Shown here: positions 8,320 through 16,245 of the stretch, one piece after another
Position numbering within the stretch: position 1 is the stretch's first letter
Layout of the letters: every line of letters begins with the position of its first letter
Virus record (IMG/VR): IMGVR_UViG_3300021168_000053
Reading direction: 5' to 3' (one strand)
Source of the DNA: a virus
Length of the DNA stretch: 40,716 nt
The notes under the pieces: model-generated
What the model was told of the DNA's origin: nothing
Seen by the model: the letters and a program-made list of their open reading frames with translations, nothing else
The model's database searches: none
Position numbers and translations under genes: made by a program

Positions 8320-9858
8320 TTACTCGTCTTTGATAGTGAACCAGGACTGAACCGACCAGACATCATCCCGGTTGAGCCTGGCGAGCTTCGCCCCAAGGGT
8401 GCACAGAGCATCGTGGTACTTCTCGTCGAGATGGTTCAGCTCGTAGTGGTGACCGAACTCGTGGATGAGTAGCGCGTCGAGCCGCTCCGTCAGCCCGTCA
8501 TTGAAGAACATGTACCCAAGCCGGCCGAGATTGAACGTGAGCTGGCCGCCATTGACACCGACAGGGCCGTAGGTCGCGCCGTATTTCCAGGTGACCTCGC
8601 TCGCGATGGAGACCGTGATCTTCGCGCCCATCAGCTCCAGGGCCAGCCACCGGGCATACTGCGCCACGCGATGCATCTGCACCGTCCACTTCTCCGGTGC
8701 CAGCAGCTTCAGCTGCTCTCCGTCTTCGCCGTAGGGCTTCGGGGTGGGGGTGACCTGGCCCGCCGGACGGATGAGTCCGTGCAGCTTGGCGTTCTTCCAC
8801 TCCGCCTTGTCCATCATGCCGCCGTAGACCAGGGTGTAGCCTTCGGCTACGGCACGACTATTTGCCTCCGGGTCCGTGGGATCATGCGCGACGCGCTTCT
8901 CGCCGAAGCGAAGGTCCATGATCTTCTGCACCGCCTCGGGCGTGGCATCCGGTGATGCCGCCGCCTCGCGAACCAAGGCTGTATTTGCCTCGTCGACGGT
9001 AAGCTGATCCTTCATCTGGTTCACGACGACAGTGCGCAGCCTTGTGAGGAAGGCAGGCGTAACATTGTCGCGGTCCATGTTGAGCGGAACCTTCTGCATG
9101 ACGTTGACATGCCAGCGGTCCCCAGTGGCCACCACGGGGATGCCAAGCTCGTACAGCATCCCCTCGCTTTCATCGGGGCCGGGTTCATAGACCTCGATCG
9201 TGGTTGAACGTATCGTCCGGTGGAGGATCTGTTCCGGGTCATCGGCCCGGCTGAACTCGGTCGGCATTACAGCCTCGAACCCACGCAAGCGCTTGCGCGG
9301 AAGCAACTCGACACCATTGACTGTGGTTTTGATTCCTTCCGGGACGATCAGCTTCCGAAGGTCGCGCAAGACCTCTTCGTACTCGGCACGAGTCATCCGC
9401 ATGACCCCATCGAAGATGGATCCGACCTCGGTCTTTACCCGCGACGTGTGCCGGCCTTCCTTATCGAAGGACACCGTCCCTGTCGTCGTCACGATCTGTG
9501 CGTCTTCGCAAAGCGCCAGGACCAGCTTCTCCCCGAGATTGAAGCGACCACGCTTCGTCGCATCCTTCTTCTTCTCGCTGTCGGCGAAAACGGTGAAGGC
9601 GTCCGTGATCTTCTTGAACCCATCCGGGTCATCGTCCTCGACAATGACCTGAACCTTGCTCGCGTTGGCCAGGGGCGAGAGACTCACCTTCACATTGCGC
9701 GCCTTGGTATCCCAGGCGTTGGCAACCAGCTCGAAGAGGGCGAAGGACTTCCCCCTCTTCTGGAGTATCTTGGCCAGGCCATCCTTATCTATCTCGAACC
9801 AACTGAGCGCGCTACGGTTCATCGTCGCCTCCTGTCCAGTTGTACGAACGGGAAGCAT
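8320..9858 (-). CDS. Fusion protein: N-terminal GHKL (histidine-kinase/Hsp90/MutL-type) ATPase domain plus C-terminal HExxH zinc-metallopeptidase-like domain
   Basis: N box ELVANAWD, G1 box VEDDDPDGF, G2-like GRFNLGEK. C-terminal LLIHEFGHHYELNH (HExxH plus downstream E/H). 512 aa. Confidence 0.6.
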   Translation of the reverse strand: MLPVRTTGQEATMNRSALSWFEIDKDGLAKILQKRGKSFALFELVANAWDTKARNVKVSLSPLANASKVQVIVEDDDPDGFKKITDAFTVFADSEKKKDATKRGRFNLGEKLVLALCEDAQIVTTTGTVSFDKEGRHTSRVKTEVGSIFDGVMRMTRAEYEEVLRDLRKLIVPEGIKTTVNGVELLPRKRLRGFEAVMPTEFSRADDPEQILHRTIRSTTIEVYEPGPDESEGMLYELGIPVVATGDRWHVNVMQKVPLNMDRDNVTPAFLTRLRTVVVNQMKDQLTVDEANTALVREAAASPDATPEAVQKIMDLRFGEKRVAHDPTDPEANSRAVAEGYTLVYGGMMDKAEWKNAKLHGLIRPAGQVTPTPKPYGEDGEQLKLLAPEKWTVQMHRVAQYARWLALELMGAKITVSIASEVTWKYGATYGPVGVNGGQLTFNLGRLGYMFFNDGLTERLDALLIHEFGHHYELNHLDEKYHDALCTLGAKLARLNRDDVWSVQSWFTIKDE

Positions 9859-9911
9859 AGCGATTACCTGTAATCGAAGGGAAGCTGGATCGTATAACTG
9901 GGAAGAGGAGG

Positions 9912-11081
9912 CTAGGCGGCGTTACGGATCTGGCTTGCGTTCGCGGTAGCGAGGAAGGCGGCTTCGTCCGTCTCCAGCATCAACTTCTGCGCAACATGAG
10001 CATCTGCATCGGGAAGACCGCCGATGGGCTGAATGCAGTAACTAACCATCTCCTGGTTCTTCTCGTTGACCAAGGTGACGTTGCCATGCTGGCCGTTCTT
10101 CTTGATCCGGTACTTCTTCCCAGATCTCGTATAGACGTGGAAGTAGCCAAACTGCTCGTACTCCTCGCGCTGCTGAGCGTTCAGGACGGCTTTGAGCAGC
10201 TTCTCCGCGCGATCCCGGCGCTGCTCGTATGCCATCTTCTGGATACGCTCACGCTGCTCGCGGAGCTGCCGCTGCTGTTCTTCGTGCTGCACCCGTGCAG
10301 CTTGTTGGATACGGGACTCCTTAGTGGTGCTGAGAACCGTGTTCCACTGGCGCCACGCACGTTGAGAGTCGGTGAGCTGCTCGATATAGTCGACAGCGCG
10401 CTCCCACTCTGAGGTTTTGTGCTTTCGCTTTCGGCCCCACTCATGCTTGCCGTAACAAGCACACTTCGTGTCCATCCAGGTGTCGCCGCCATTGGTCCAT
10501 ATGAGCGAATCCCCAGTCATGCCCGTTCCTGTTCCCCCAACTTGATATTGGATATTGATCGTCGCTGTCGTCGCTATCGTGTTTGTCGTCGAGATCGTCC
10601 AGGTATTCGTATACGCGAGCCGTTGGGCATGCTGCATACCGACGTGCGCCGCCTGCATCATCTGCTGTTGCATGGTCGGAGTCACGATAGACGTGACTCC
10701 AGTGCCGCCAGCGGTATGCAGGTAACCAGCCATGGCATTTTCTATGCGCTGAGCGTGGTCATGACCGACAACAGTGGCAGCTGTATTTCCAATCGTGAAA
10801 GGGGAAGTACCGACGATCTGATTGACACCCATGCCGACTCCCATGGAAGTCGGAGTATCGACAAGGAGCGTGGTACCATCGCTCATCGGAATGTCAATCC
10901 GCGGGTCGGTCAGCGGGCGTGCGAGCTTAGCTGCCGCCTTATAGACAGCAACCATGGTCTCGTTATGCTTGATGCTTTCCAGCGTTGAACGAGTAATGCG
11001 GCCGTTCTTCGGCGCAAACATCGGAGGGAGGTCGTCCGGTATAGGCGCCGAAGCTCGGGTCTTACGATTGGGCTTGGCCAA
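9912..11081 (-). CDS. Hypothetical protein, 389 aa (Thr/Gly-rich beta-like middle, Q/R/E-rich coiled-coil C-terminal half)
   Basis: Long ORF, no recognisable family. Confidence 0.55.
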   Translation of the reverse strand: MAKPNRKTRASAPIPDDLPPMFAPKNGRITRSTLESIKHNETMVAVYKAAAKLARPLTDPRIDIPMSDGTTLLVDTPTSMGVGMGVNQIVGTSPFTIGNTAATVVGHDHAQRIENAMAGYLHTAGGTGVTSIVTPTMQQQMMQAAHVGMQHAQRLAYTNTWTISTTNTIATTATINIQYQVGGTGTGMTGDSLIWTNGGDTWMDTKCACYGKHEWGRKRKHKTSEWERAVDYIEQLTDSQRAWRQWNTVLSTTKESRIQQAARVQHEEQQRQLREQRERIQKMAYEQRRDRAEKLLKAVLNAQQREEYEQFGYFHVYTRSGKKYRIKKNGQHGNVTLVNEKNQEMVSYCIQPIGGLPDADAHVAQKLMLETDEAAFLATANASQIRNAA

Positions 11082-11438
11082 TCACTTAACCTTTCCATCA
11101 AGCTCAGCATGATGTTTCGAGCAAGCCCACTCAACATCTAGTGGTTTCGAGTAGTCGTGATGGTGTGCCTGAACCTTCTTGCTGTCACAGCCTTCCATCT
11201 TGCACTCGCCCTTTTTCAAGATTCCAGACTTGAGCGCCTTGGCTACTTCTCGTCGCGCCTTGATCTTCTCCGGGTTTTGCTCAGCGTACCGACGATTCTT
11301 CTCCACGATCATCGGCGTATAGCGTTCGCGATACCGTTTCGACTGTGCTCGCCGGCCAACCAACGCTACGTCAGTTCGCTTCCATTTCTTCTTTATTGCC
11401 TGGATTTTTTCTGGGTGAGCATGCCGGTACTTCTTCAT
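11082..11438 (-). CDS. Small basic HNH-like protein
   Basis: C-terminal CKMEGCDSKKVQAHHHDYSKPLDVEWACSKHH resembles a C-x2-C...HH...C-x2-HH HNH/zinc-finger core. 118 aa. Confidence 0.45.
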   Translation of the reverse strand: MKKYRHAHPEKIQAIKKKWKRTDVALVGRRAQSKRYRERYTPMIVEKNRRYAEQNPEKIKARREVAKALKSGILKKGECKMEGCDSKKVQAHHHDYSKPLDVEWACSKHHAELDGKVK

Positions 11439-11507
11439 GTACGCGCGATTTTTGCAGACATGACAAATCCCGCATGTACAACTTGGCCGATTGGTACCGG
11501 CCAGCGG

Positions 11508-11867
11508 TCACCCTCCTTTCATCCTGGGCACTAGGATGATGGCCTCCGCGTTCGGATCGAACGTGCGGATCAGCTCGCCCTTGTCGCCATTCTTGTCGCA
11601 GCGGTAAGCCGTGAATCCCTTGCCGGTGAGGTCATCGAACTGCTTCTTCGCCGCGGAGACCTCGTCCGCATTCTCCCTATTCCAAACCGTTTTGAAATCG
11701 CCCGCGCTGGGGTTCAGCTCCGCGATCCAGCTGTCGCCCTCTTGCAGCGGACGATTGACATATTGAGCAGGGAGATCGGCCGTCGTTTCCGTCGTGTTCA
11801 TCAAGTCCTCCATCCGTGGTTCGTGTAGCTGCCATTGCACGCTACGAGGTGGTACTTCGATTGTCAA
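11508..11867 (-). CDS. Hypothetical protein, 119 aa
   Basis: ORF only. Confidence 0.45.
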   Translation of the reverse strand: MTIEVPPRSVQWQLHEPRMEDLMNTTETTADLPAQYVNRPLQEGDSWIAELNPSAGDFKTVWNRENADEVSAAKKQFDDLTGKGFTAYRCDKNGDKGELIRTFDPNAEAIILVPRMKGG

Positions 11868-11908
11868 ATTCTTTCAGCCAGCAGTCAGTCTTCTGCGATT
11901 CAGCATTG

Positions 11909-12163
11909 TCACAACCACCCGTTTGCTTTATAGCGTTCAACATGTCTCTCTAGTCCACGCGGAATTGCAATCGGCGAGGGTGGTCCGATCTCTTCTGTAA
12001 TACTCTGGGCTCTCCGTATGTATTGATTACGAAAGAACCAAGACTCCCCTGTGCGCCGGATGAAGACTTGCCATTCAACGACGGCGCCTTCGTCATCAAA
12101 AAAATACGCATCCCCCTCTCCTAGTGGAGTTAGTAATCGGATCGGTGGTTCAAGTCGCGTCAT
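11909..12163 (-). CDS. Hypothetical protein, 84 aa
   Basis: ORF only. Confidence 0.35.
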   Translation of the reverse strand: MTRLEPPIRLLTPLGEGDAYFFDDEGAVVEWQVFIRRTGESWFFRNQYIRRAQSITEEIGPPSPIAIPRGLERHVERYKANGWL

Positions 12164-12192
12164 TTAACAACTGGCAGTAGCATGCAACCACC

Positions 12193-12795
12193 CTACTCGT
12201 CGTCGGAATCGTCTCCGTTATCAGCAACGGGAGCCGGCGGCAGGAGCTTCTGCTCGAACTCCGGCGAGTTGATGGTCTTGAGCACGTCTCGCACGTGGAC
12301 CTTCACCCATTGCTTCCAGGGCTTGTTCTCGGGCGTGTCGGGGATCTTCGAGGGATCAACAAGGTTGGCAACCTGAGTGGCTGCTTTCTTCGCCTGATCG
12401 ATACGCTTCATCTTCTTCGGAAGCACGATCATTGCGAGGTCTGCGTCGTCCACGGTCGCACGCACGCCCACGCCAGGCTCAGCATCGAGCGCACGACCAT
12501 ACTTCGTCTGGAGCATGCGGTTGACACCGCTCATGGATGACTTGATCAGCTCCACCTCTTTCGAGTTGTGCTGAGGCATGCGGCTATATCCCTCGACCGC
12601 CTTCGCAAGATGCGGATAGTCAACATACTGCTTAGGGTAGTGGGTCGCTGCCCAATCTAGAAACTCCGCGACTCTCTGCTTCTTCGAGTGCTCCGGGTTA
12701 TACTTGTAGTCACGGATCGCATCGGCCAAAGACCTGGACCGATTTGCTCGACTCGGCTTGTGTGCCAATGCAGGCATTCTCTTCTCCTTGTTCAT
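12193..12795 (-). CDS. Hypothetical protein, 200 aa, acidic C-terminus
   Basis: ORF. 4-nt overlap with the upstream gene. Confidence 0.5.
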   Translation of the reverse strand: MNKEKRMPALAHKPSRANRSRSLADAIRDYKYNPEHSKKQRVAEFLDWAATHYPKQYVDYPHLAKAVEGYSRMPQHNSKEVELIKSSMSGVNRMLQTKYGRALDAEPGVGVRATVDDADLAMIVLPKKMKRIDQAKKAATQVANLVDPSKIPDTPENKPWKQWVKVHVRDVLKTINSPEFEQKLLPPAPVADNGDDSDDE

Positions 12796-13718
12796 GAGAC
12801 CGCTCGATTGTCGTCAGTGCCGCCGCCAGGACTTCCGATCTGTCTATTATATTGCTCGATCAGATCGAAGGCTTTCACCACCTCGTCGTACTGAGAGGTC
12901 ATTGAGTCATCTCCAGCGTTGGCATCTGGATGGTAGACACGCGCAAGTGTTCGCTTCTGACGCTTTGCGATAGTCATATTGACTGGTGCTCCGACTCTCG
13001 GCGGATCCATGCGAAGCGTATGACAGGCTTCGATAAGAACTCGACGACTGATCTGCGCGAGCAGATTCTGGGTCTCACGCTCTGATTTAGCGTGGCGGTA
13101 GACGCGTCCCTGAAACTCATTAAGCAGAGCATTAAGCTGCTTCCCGAAATCCATCCATAGCCGCTCGGCCATGATCGGATCAAGACCCTCAAATCGATCG
13201 GCCATATATGTTCCGACTAGCTCACGGATCTGCGTGAAGACGAATCTCCGACTGTCCTCGTCTTTCTTGCCCCGCTTTTTGGGCTTCGGATGTGCTGGTC
13301 GTGGAATGTCCGAAGGATTGCGCCGCCGAAACTCACGCCCATCTGCCGTTTTGACGACTGGAAGGGAGTCATATACTACTAGCAGCTGATCGACAGCACT
13401 TTGGAGCGTTTCTCCTTTACCAGCCCGCTCCTTTGCGCGACAGAGCAGTTTCTGAGCCGTTCTGGGCAAGATAGTCCCAGCATCGATCCGACGCCACAAA
13501 TCCTCTGCAACCTCTCCAGCGTTGATCAGCGTTTCTCTTACTTGGACCTGAGCCTCGGTCCTGCTGATATTGACAGCGAGATAGTTTCGCCTCCTCCATC
13601 TCTTGCGTACACTCCGATCGCATGCTTCCCAGATCTCCTTCTCTGCGAGGCCTTTCTCACGCTCGGACAGCGTATCCCAGAGAGGCTTGTACTTGGCGAT
13701 CAGCTCATCCGCGCTCAT
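12792..13718 (-). CDS. J-domain (DnaJ-like) protein with the J-domain at the C-terminus
   Basis: C-terminal KRQKRTLARVYHPDANAGDDSMTSQYDEVVKAFDLI matches J-domain helix II-HPD-helix III. 308 aa. Confidence 0.65.
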   Translation of the reverse strand: MSADELIAKYKPLWDTLSEREKGLAEKEIWEACDRSVRKRWRRRNYLAVNISRTEAQVQVRETLINAGEVAEDLWRRIDAGTILPRTAQKLLCRAKERAGKGETLQSAVDQLLVVYDSLPVVKTADGREFRRRNPSDIPRPAHPKPKKRGKKDEDSRRFVFTQIRELVGTYMADRFEGLDPIMAERLWMDFGKQLNALLNEFQGRVYRHAKSERETQNLLAQISRRVLIEACHTLRMDPPRVGAPVNMTIAKRQKRTLARVYHPDANAGDDSMTSQYDEVVKAFDLIEQYNRQIGSPGGGTDDNRAVS

Positions 13719-14278
13719 TTGACTCCCAGCTCCGAGGCGAGTCTTTCAATGACAGCTGCGTTCTTGGCGAACGCTTCCTTCAGTGCACTGAACTCCTGAC
13801 TCATCCCGAAAAGAATCTTTAGCACAGCTGCCTTGAACTGATCGTCAGGAATACTTTCATCTTCCTGAGGATCATCTTCTGCCGGCGGTTCGGCATTTAC
13901 TATGACCTGTTTCTTCGCTGGCGGCGTCACTGGTGGGGGCTCCTCTGGAGGCACCGGTGGAAGTACCTGATCGTTCGCCAGTCCAGGCCAGATCAGTGCA
14001 GTGAGCTTCTTCGGATCATCGAGAAAATCTTGTAACGTTTTCCCCTCTGATACCGCATATTTCGCAAACCTGGCGGTACCATAGGCATCAACGCGACGAA
14101 TGTAACCGGACTTTTCCAGCCGGTCTAATATCTTCCGCTGCCAAGCTGACTTGTTCGGATCGGCCTTACCGTTGAACATCTCCTCTCGGCTCTGAGGAGT
14201 GCCAGCAGAAAGACGGACCAAAGCATCCGTCACTTCAAAACGAAGGAGTCTATCGCGGGCGGCAGTCACGTCCCGCAT
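13715..14278 (-). CDS. Hypothetical protein, 187 aa (Pro-rich linker PPVPPEEPPPVTPP)
   Basis: ORF. First gene of the long minus-strand block (a 200-nt non-coding gap lies at higher coordinates). Confidence 0.5.
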   Translation of the reverse strand: MRDVTAARDRLLRFEVTDALVRLSAGTPQSREEMFNGKADPNKSAWQRKILDRLEKSGYIRRVDAYGTARFAKYAVSEGKTLQDFLDDPKKLTALIWPGLANDQVLPPVPPEEPPPVTPPAKKQVIVNAEPPAEDDPQEDESIPDDQFKAAVLKILFGMSQEFSALKEAFAKNAAVIERLASELGVK

Positions 14279-14480
14279 AAGAGAATCCGAAGATCGTTAA
14301 TTGTCTAGAACGGACACTGGCAGATCGTACTGACTGGAAGCAGACAACGGAGGCGGAGTGAGCCCGTCGCACTCACAAAAAACCTGATCGTAATTGTCCT
14401 TGTGGACGAACATGAGCTGCCCACATCCACAGCAGCGAATATGTAGGCTACGATATGGTTCTCGGATATCTTTCATCAGG

Positions 14481-14548
14481 CGCGTCCGCCGGGAATCGAA
14501 CCCGGGCTGGGTTACTTGCTTAGGGTATCCCGCAGGCCTTTCAGACGC
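14481..14548 (-). tRNA. tRNA-like gene (68 nt). The acceptor (GCGTCTG/CGGACGC) and T-arm (CCGGG-TTCGATT-CCCGG) are clear. The D and anticodon arms do not fold canonically by eye.
   Basis: Seen in sequence on the reverse complement. Perfect T-loop GGTTCGATTCC and 7-bp acceptor stem including one G-U pair. Identity not determinable without a folding tool. Confidence 0.4.
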
Positions 14549-14557
14549 CTATCGTAC

Positions 14558-14635
14558 TGGAGATCCCAACGGGGCTCGAACCCGTGGCCTCGACGGTGCT
14601 TACCCGCCGTGCTCTGCCAGCTGAGCTATGGGACC
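14558..14635 (-). tRNA. tRNA (75 nt plus encoded CCA). The anticodon loop is probably GTAAGCA, but the anticodon assignment is uncertain.
   Basis: RC reads GGTCCCA-TA-GCTC-AGCTGGCAGA-GAGC...GGCGG-GTAAGCA-CCGTC...ACGGG-TTCGAGC-CCCGT-TGGGATC-T-CCA. The acceptor is a perfect 7-bp stem, the D-arm is canonical, and CCA is encoded. Confidence 0.7.
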
Positions 14636-14643
14636 GTCTCCGG

Positions 14644-14748
14644 TCATTTGCGCTTATTGGTCAGGCGAATCACATCCACAACCGTACCGCAGATAAGAAA
14701 TACGATAATTGTCGCCCAAAAAGGATGCTCCGTGAAGAAAGTCATCAT
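14644..14748 (-). CDS. Possible small membrane protein (34 aa from internal Met; ORF track 14644..14904)
   Basis: C-terminal hydrophobic helix FWATIIVFLICGTVV followed by a basic tail. Choosing the internal Met avoids the overlap with the lipoprotein gene. Weak evidence. Confidence 0.25.
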   Translation of the reverse strand: MMTFFTEHPFWATIIVFLICGTVVDVIRLTNKRK

Positions 14749-14788
14749 CGGGTTAGCTTGCCCATAGTCGTCTGGATTGTCCAGTGCC

Positions 14789-15340
14789 CTAGTAGCGATA
14801 GCCGTACTGGATCCAATACGCCCACTTCTTGTATGTGGGGTCGCTGGTGGTGGCAAAGGGCTTGACGTTATTCGATCCCGCATGGGGGACGCCATTCCCC
14901 GCAAGGTTCTTGCTCAGCACGAGTGAAATCGAGTACGTCGCATCCAACGGATTCATCGTGAAATTGGTGAAGTTCTGCATCCACTGAGCATCCGTACTCG
15001 GACCCGTCATGATCAGCGGACCATAAGACTGGTGGCAGGCGGCAGTGGCGCATCCCAGCGACTCGATGTCCTTCTGGATGTCGGGCCGGTAGTGCGGCAC
15101 TTCGGGCATCAGATCCGGCGGCGGAGTCAAGTCGATGGGAGGAGTGAGGTCACGAGGAGCCGTCATGTCCAGCGGATGGCTCATATCTGCCATCCTGAGA
15201 TCTGGCGGGTCCTGCATGTCATGTTGCCCCATATCGTTCCCGGCAGCGAACTGGAACCTGCTGAAGTCAGCAACCTTCTCGCAGCCACAGCTGAGCATCA
15301 TAGCGAACATGAGCCACTTCATTGGCGACCTCGAATTCAT
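14789..15340 (-). CDS. Putative secreted lipoprotein with PxxP-type repeats, embedded inside the tRNA cluster
   Basis: N-terminus MKWLMFAMMLSCGCEK is signal-peptide/lipobox-like (probable start at 15322). Repeats DLTPPIDLTPPPDLMPEVP. 183 aa ORF. Confidence 0.5.
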   Translation of the reverse strand: MNSRSPMKWLMFAMMLSCGCEKVADFSRFQFAAGNDMGQHDMQDPPDLRMADMSHPLDMTAPRDLTPPIDLTPPPDLMPEVPHYRPDIQKDIESLGCATAACHQSYGPLIMTGPSTDAQWMQNFTNFTMNPLDATYSISLVLSKNLAGNGVPHAGSNNVKPFATTSDPTYKKWAYWIQYGYRY

Positions 15341-15390
15341 CTCTTGACTATTGTACGACGAATCAAGGTTCCGATTACAGCCTATCTTAG

Positions 15391-15464
15391 TGAGCGGGGA
15401 AGGAGTCGAACCTTCATACCTCCGGCTTAAACACGCCGTTGCTCGGCCATTGAGCTACCCGCCC
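15391..15464 (-). tRNA. tRNA (74 nt, no encoded CCA). The anticodon region reads ACGGC-GTGTTTAA-GCCGG. A GTT (Asn) anticodon is possible, but the loop appears to be 8 nt.
   Basis: RC reads GGGCGGG-TA-GCTC-AATGGCC-GAGC-A-...-GAAGG-TTCGACT-CCTTC-CCCGCTC-A. The acceptor is 7 bp (one G-U), and the D and T arms are canonical. Confidence 0.6.
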
Positions 15465-15478
15465 GTTGATCCAATCAG

Positions 15479-15550
15479 TGCGTGGAGGGGGACTTGAACC
15501 GCCGACCTGCGGACTAAGAATCCGCTGCTCTACCGCTGAGCTATCCACGC
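15479..15550 (-). tRNA. tRNA-Lys (anticodon CTT), 72 nt, no encoded CCA. It has one C-C mismatch in the T-stem.
   Basis: RC reads GCGTGGA-TA-GCTC-AGCGGTA-GAGC-A-GCGGA-TTCTTAG-TCCGC-AGGTC-GGCGG-TTCAAGT-CCCCC-TCCACGC-A. The acceptor is a perfect 7 bp, and the anticodon loop is TT-CTT-AG. Confidence 0.65.
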
Positions 15551-15557
15551 TTACAGT

Positions 15558-15630
15558 CCCCGGCACAGGAGTCGAACCTATGACCCGTTCTAGCTTACCG
15601 GCAAATATCTGCCGGGCTCTGATCCGGGAG
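15558..15630 (-). tRNA. tRNA-like element or tRNA pseudogene. It has a T-arm (ATAGG-TTCGACT-CCTGT) and a perfectly pairing 7-mer (CCCGGCA/TGCCGGG), but no canonical cloverleaf by eye.
   Basis: Seen in sequence. Includes the hairpin CCGGC-AGATATTT-GCCGG. Boundaries are uncertain (59-73 nt). Confidence 0.25.
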
Positions 15631-15718
15631 CCCAAGCTACTACTACGACTTGCCGTCAAATGTCACGTGCCACTTGGCGGTAGTATCGTAGCCTCGCACC
15701 GTCACCGGGGTTATGTCG

Positions 15719-15801
15719 CGCAGCCGGCGGGGATCGAACACCGCTACCTCCTCGGCCCCTCTCGGAGTTGCCAAGGCGCTCTCCCATTGAGCTACGGCTG
15801 C
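15719..15801 (-). tRNA. tRNA, 83 nt, probably type II with a long variable arm. Anticodon not resolved.
   Basis: RC reads GCAGCCG-TA-GCTC-AATGGGA-GAGC...TTCGATC...CGGCTGC-G. The acceptor is a perfect 7 bp and the D-arm is the classic TAGCTCAATGG-AGAGC. The T-stem pairs poorly as read. Confidence 0.5.
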
Positions 15802-15807
15802 ATGCGG

Positions 15808-16245
15808 CTAAGCCGCGCTAGTCTTCTCCTTCTTGTAGGCCAACCAGCGCTTCTGACGATTCTCCTCGCGCTTCGGTTCTTCCTGTGCCGCCTGGAGCGC
15901 TGCCAAAATCGTATGGCGCATCCAGGATGGGAGAGTGGGGTGGATCTTCCCTGTCACTCCTTCCCAGCGCGTGGCGCCTTCCAGACGCGTCTTGATCCAT
16001 TCGACCTGCGTCACCGTCGGCAAGTATTTCTTCAGATCCTTGAAATGCTGCTTGCTGCGCATCTCCGCACGTGCAGCGCAGAGAAGCGACGCCAGCTGCT
16101 TCAGATCGTCCAGGCCCGGACCGACGGGAGGCTGGCACTGACTGAATGGTGTCCGAACACGAATCTTTTCTCGTCGGATCGCCTCCTGCGTATCGTTCAT
16201 ATGCTGTCGTAGTCGCTTGATCAGATTTCTCGTTCCTGTGGTCAT
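15808..16245 (-). CDS. Hypothetical protein, 145 aa (Lys/Arg/Glu-rich). Its ATG sits in an ATGA with a GAAGGAGAG RBS at the exact end of the Pth2 domain.
   Basis: ORF in a different frame from 15818..16630. RBS GAAGGAGAGAGCAC precedes the ATG at 16243-16245. Confidence 0.45.
   Translation of the reverse strand: MTTGTRNLIKRLRQHMNDTQEAIRREKIRVRTPFSQCQPPVGPGLDDLKQLASLLCAARAEMRSKQHFKDLKKYLPTVTQVEWIKTRLEGATRWEGVTGKIHPTLPSWMRHTILAALQAAQEEPKREENRQKRWLAYKKEKTSAA

Noticed and set aside
9200-9873. Plus-strand ORFs 9200..9652 and 9220..9873 opposite the GHKL-peptidase gene
   Set aside because: The opposite strand carries clear GHKL and HExxH motifs, and these ORFs have no motifs.
14394-14865. Plus-strand ORFs 14394..14624, 14516..14767, 14584..14865, and 15466..16212
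   Set aside because: They overlap tRNA genes and minus-strand genes. Their composition is Arg/Ser/Pro/Trp-rich shadow sequence.
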